Origin: Utricularia gibba
Lineage: Eukaryota > Plantae > Magnoliophyta
Assembly (NCBI GenBank): GCA_002189035.1
Contig: NEEC01000008.1
Coordinates: forward strand, 3,100,001 to 3,164,000
DNA length: 64,000 bases
Reading direction: 5' to 3'
This document shows, one piece after another, positions 63,993 through 64,000 of the stretch (within the stretch, counting starts at the first letter, position 1; each line of letters begins with the position of its first letter). Under the pieces are notes generated by a model. The model saw nothing but the letters and a program-made list of their open reading frames with translations. It searched no databases and was not told the DNA's origin. The translations under genes were made by a program, and so were the position numbers.

Positions 63993-64000
63993 TACACCAT

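Overview
Gene-dense, short-intron eudicot nuclear DNA. An asterid/Lamiales-like source is inferred from the R1-type CC-NLRs. In order, the window holds: the 3' end of an LRR receptor kinase, tRNA-Glu(TTC), S1FA, tRNA-Pro(AGG), an FLA, a RING-CH E3 ligase, ORC3, a PIP2 aquaporin, PAL and a LOG gene. Next comes a ~16-kb tandem cluster of five atypical CC-NB-ARC-LRR copies or fragments, then a 2.4-kb non-autonomous Mutator-like element with a perfect 9-bp TSD and an internal array of palindromic hairpin modules. The remainder holds CSLA, a ZNF593/Bud20 homologue, an SF3A2-like fragment, a PPR gene, a PCF11/PCFS gene, cytosolic aldolase and a DUF662/GORAB-like coiled-coil gene. Most notable observations: (1) NLRs whose C-termini are built from repeated linker-LRR-cap modules, with internal deletion, gene conversion and truncation derivatives; (2) the foldback-type MULE; (3) two minor-spliceosome (U12) introns, one AT-AC and one GT-AG; (4) recurrent 1-bp deletions, mostly in homopolymers, in highly conserved genes, which look like uncorrected long-read assembly errors and make pseudogene calls here unreliable. 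All calls were made by eye and from memory of protein families; no database searches were run.
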